From Ranitomeya imitator (lineage: Eukaryota), in the NCBI RefSeq assembly GCF_032444005.1, contig NC_091289.1, positions 128,402,001 to 128,466,000 of the forward strand: a stretch of DNA of 64,000 nt. Direction: 5' to 3'. Under the pieces are notes generated by a model that saw nothing but the letters and a program-made list of their open reading frames with translations, searched no databases and was not told where the DNA came from. A program made the position numbers and the translations under genes. Shown here one piece after another: positions 61,473 through 64,000 of this stretch. How positions within the stretch are numbered: position 1 is the first letter of the stretch; each line of letters starts with the position of its first letter.

Positions 61473-64000
61473 CCCCTTAAGCCCCAAGGGTGGTTTGCAC
61501 GTTAATGACCGGGCCGATTTTTACAATTCTGACCACTGTTCCTTTATGAGGTTATAACTCTGGAACGCTTCAACGGATGTTGGCGATTCTGACACTGTTT
61601 TCTCGTGACATATTGTACTTCATGATAGTGGTAAAATTTATTCGATATAACTTGCGTTTATTTGTGAAAAAATGGAAATTTGGCGAAAATGTTGAAAATT
61701 TAGCAATTTTCCAACTTTGAATTTTTATGCCTTTAAATCACAGAGATATGTCATGTAAAATACTTAATAAATAACATTTCCCACATGTCTACTTTACATC
61801 AGCACAATTTTGGAACCAAAATTTTTTTTTAGGGAGTTATAAGGGTTAACATTTCTCATTTTTACAACACCAATATTTTTTAGGGACCACATCACATTTG
61901 AAGTCATTTTGAGGGGTCTATATGATAGAAAATAACCAAGTGTGACACCAATCTAAAAACTCCCCTCAAGGTGCTCAAAACCACATTTAAGAAGTTTATT
62001 AACCATTCAGGTGTTTTACAGTAATTTTTGGAATGTTTAAAAAAAATAATAACTTTTAACTTTTCTTCACAAAAAATTTATTTCAGCTCCAATTTGTTTT
62101 ATTTTCCCAAGGGTAAGAGAAGAAATTGGACCCAAAAAGTTGTTGTGCCATTTGTTCTGAGTACGAGGATACTCCACATGTGGGGGTAAACCACTGTTTG
62201 GGCGCATGGCAGAGCTCGGAAGGGAAGGAGCGCCGTTTGACTTTTCAATGCAAAATTGACTGGAATTAAGATGGGACGCCATGTTCGACTCTGCAAAAAC
62301 TCTTACTGTTTCACTTATTCATTCTCGTCTGGACTATTGTAACTCTCTACTAATCGCCCTTCCTCTTACCAAACTTTCCCCGCTCCAATCTGTCCTGAAT
62401 GCTGCTGCCAGGATCATATTCCTCACCAACCGTTACACCGATACCTCTACCTTGTGCCAGTCATTACGCTGGCTACCCATCCACTCCAGAATCCAGTACA
62501 AAACTATTACCCTCATCCACAAAGCACTCCATGGCTCAGCACCACCCTACATCTCCTCCCTGGTATCAGTCTACCACCCTACACGTGCCCTCCGCTCCGC
62601 TAATGACCTCAGGTTAGCATCCTCAATAATCAGAACCTCCCACTCCCGTCTCCAAGACTTTACACGTGCTGCGCAGATTCTTTGGAATGCACTACCTAGG
62701 TTAATACGATTAATCCCCAATCCCCACAGTTTTAAGCGTACCCTAAAAACTCATTTGTTCAGACTGGCCTACCGCCTCAATGCATTAACCTAACGATCCC
62801 TGTGTGGCCTATTTATAAAAAAAAAAAAACTATTAGGTTCCTCGCATCATGTTCTCATACACTTTATGCAGTTAATAGCCCTCTGTGTCTGTACTGCTAC
62901 ATACTTAGGCAGTTAACTGGTTCATGCAGCTTTACATGAACACCTGAGCCTTACACTATGGCCGGTCCGAATAACTAAAGCAATTGTTACCATCCACCTC
63001 TCGTGTCTCCCCTTTTCCTCATAGTTTGTAAGCTTGCGAGCAGGGCCCTCATTCCTCCTGGTATCTGTTTTGAACTGTATTTCTGTTATGCTGTAATGTC
63101 TATTGTCTGTACAAGTCCCCTCTATAATTTGTAAAGCGCTGCGGAATATGTTGGCGCTATATAAATAAAAATTATTATTATTATTATTATTATATGTTGC
63201 GTTTGGAGAGCCCCTGATGTGCCTAAACATTGAAACCCCCCACAAGTGACACTATTTTGGAAATTAGACCCCCTAAGGAACTTATCTAGATGTGTGGTGA
63301 GCACTTTAACCCACCAAGTGCTCCACAGAAGTTTATAATGCAGAGCCGTAAAAATAAAAAATCATATTTTTTCACAAATATGATATTTTCACCCCCAATT
63401 TATTATTTTCCCAAGGGTAAGAGAAGAAATTGGACCACAAAAGTTGTTGTGCTCTTTGTTCTGAGTACGCCGATACCCCACATGTGGGGATAAACCACTG
63501 TTTGGGTGCATGGCAGAGCTCAGAAGGGAAGGAGTGCCATTTGACTTTTCAATGCAAAATTGACTGGAATTGAGATGGGATGCCATGTCATGTTTGGAGA
63601 GCCCCTGATGGGCCTAAACATTAAAACCTCCCACAAGTGACACCATTTTGGAAAGTAGACCCCCTAAGGAACTTATCCAGCAGTGTTTTAACAGCTTTGA
63701 ACGCCCAAGTGTTTCACTACAGTTTATAATGCAGAGCCGTGAAAATAAAAATTATTTTTTTTCACAAAAATTATTTTTTAGCTTCCAGTTTTGTATTTTC
63801 CCAAGGGTAACAGGAGAAATTCGACCCCAAAAGTTGTTATCCAATTTGTCCTGAGTACGCTGATACCCCATATGTGGGGGGAACCACCGTTTGTGCACAT
63901 GGCAGAGCTTGGAAGGGAAGGAGCGCCATTTGGAATGCAGGCCTAGATGGATTGGTCTGCAGGCGTCACGTTGCTTTTCCAGGGCCCCTGATGCACCTAA
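61473..64000 (-). mobile_element. Second copy (reverse orientation) of the 21104-26308 piggyBac-like element; continues beyond the window
   Basis: TTAA-CCCCTTAAGCCCC...TTTGCACGTTAATGACCGGGCC is the reverse complement of the 26308 end. The ~385-bp array units follow. Confidence 0.92.
62286..63193 (+). mobile_element. 5'-truncated L2 LINE with (ATT)n tail
   Basis: SRLDYCNSLL...LQSVLNAAAR...WLPIHSRIQYK...FKRTLKTHLF ORF2 end (stop 62793). 3' hairpin GCGCTGCGGAATATGTTGGCGC, tail, and 5-bp duplication ATGTT at 62281-62285 and 63194-63198. Confidence 0.92.

Noticed and set aside
41600-64000. piRNA-cluster-like antisense transposon trap
   Set aside because: Element orientations are mixed (Tc1 copies minus; L2, RTEX-like, Copia and others plus), so there is no strand bias.

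Overview
Eukaryotic, almost entirely repetitive DNA with two N gaps and no prokaryotic gene organisation. The repeat families look anuran/amphibian (inference). The only host-gene signal is a probable first coding exon on the minus strand (39767-39826, signal-peptide-like MQTSPSLLIVTILALLEPAQ followed by a GT donor) beside a GC-rich triplet-repeat 5' region. If real, 1-39766 is intron and >40.5 kb is upstream. The rest is nested mobile DNA. Tc1/mariner: three near-identical copies with intact 340-aa DD34E transposases plus at least four decayed families. Non-autonomous DNA elements: many PIF/Harbinger MITEs (TTA/TAA TSD), hAT MITEs (8-bp TSD), Kolobok/T2-like and piggyBac-like TTAA elements, one carrying telomere-like repeats. 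Retroelement fragments: L2, RTEX-like, Ty1/Copia and Penelope-like. There are also several satellites. Highlight: a ~316-bp non-coding monomer with canonical type I hammerhead ribozymes (28.5-29.3 kb), inserted as a ~2.5-mer with a 5' inversion and a 14-bp TSD (retrozyme-like). Further intact or decayed Penelope-type hammerheads lie at 26.6, 27.6, 45.7, 47.9 and 57.4 kb. All family names come from motif recognition, not database searches.
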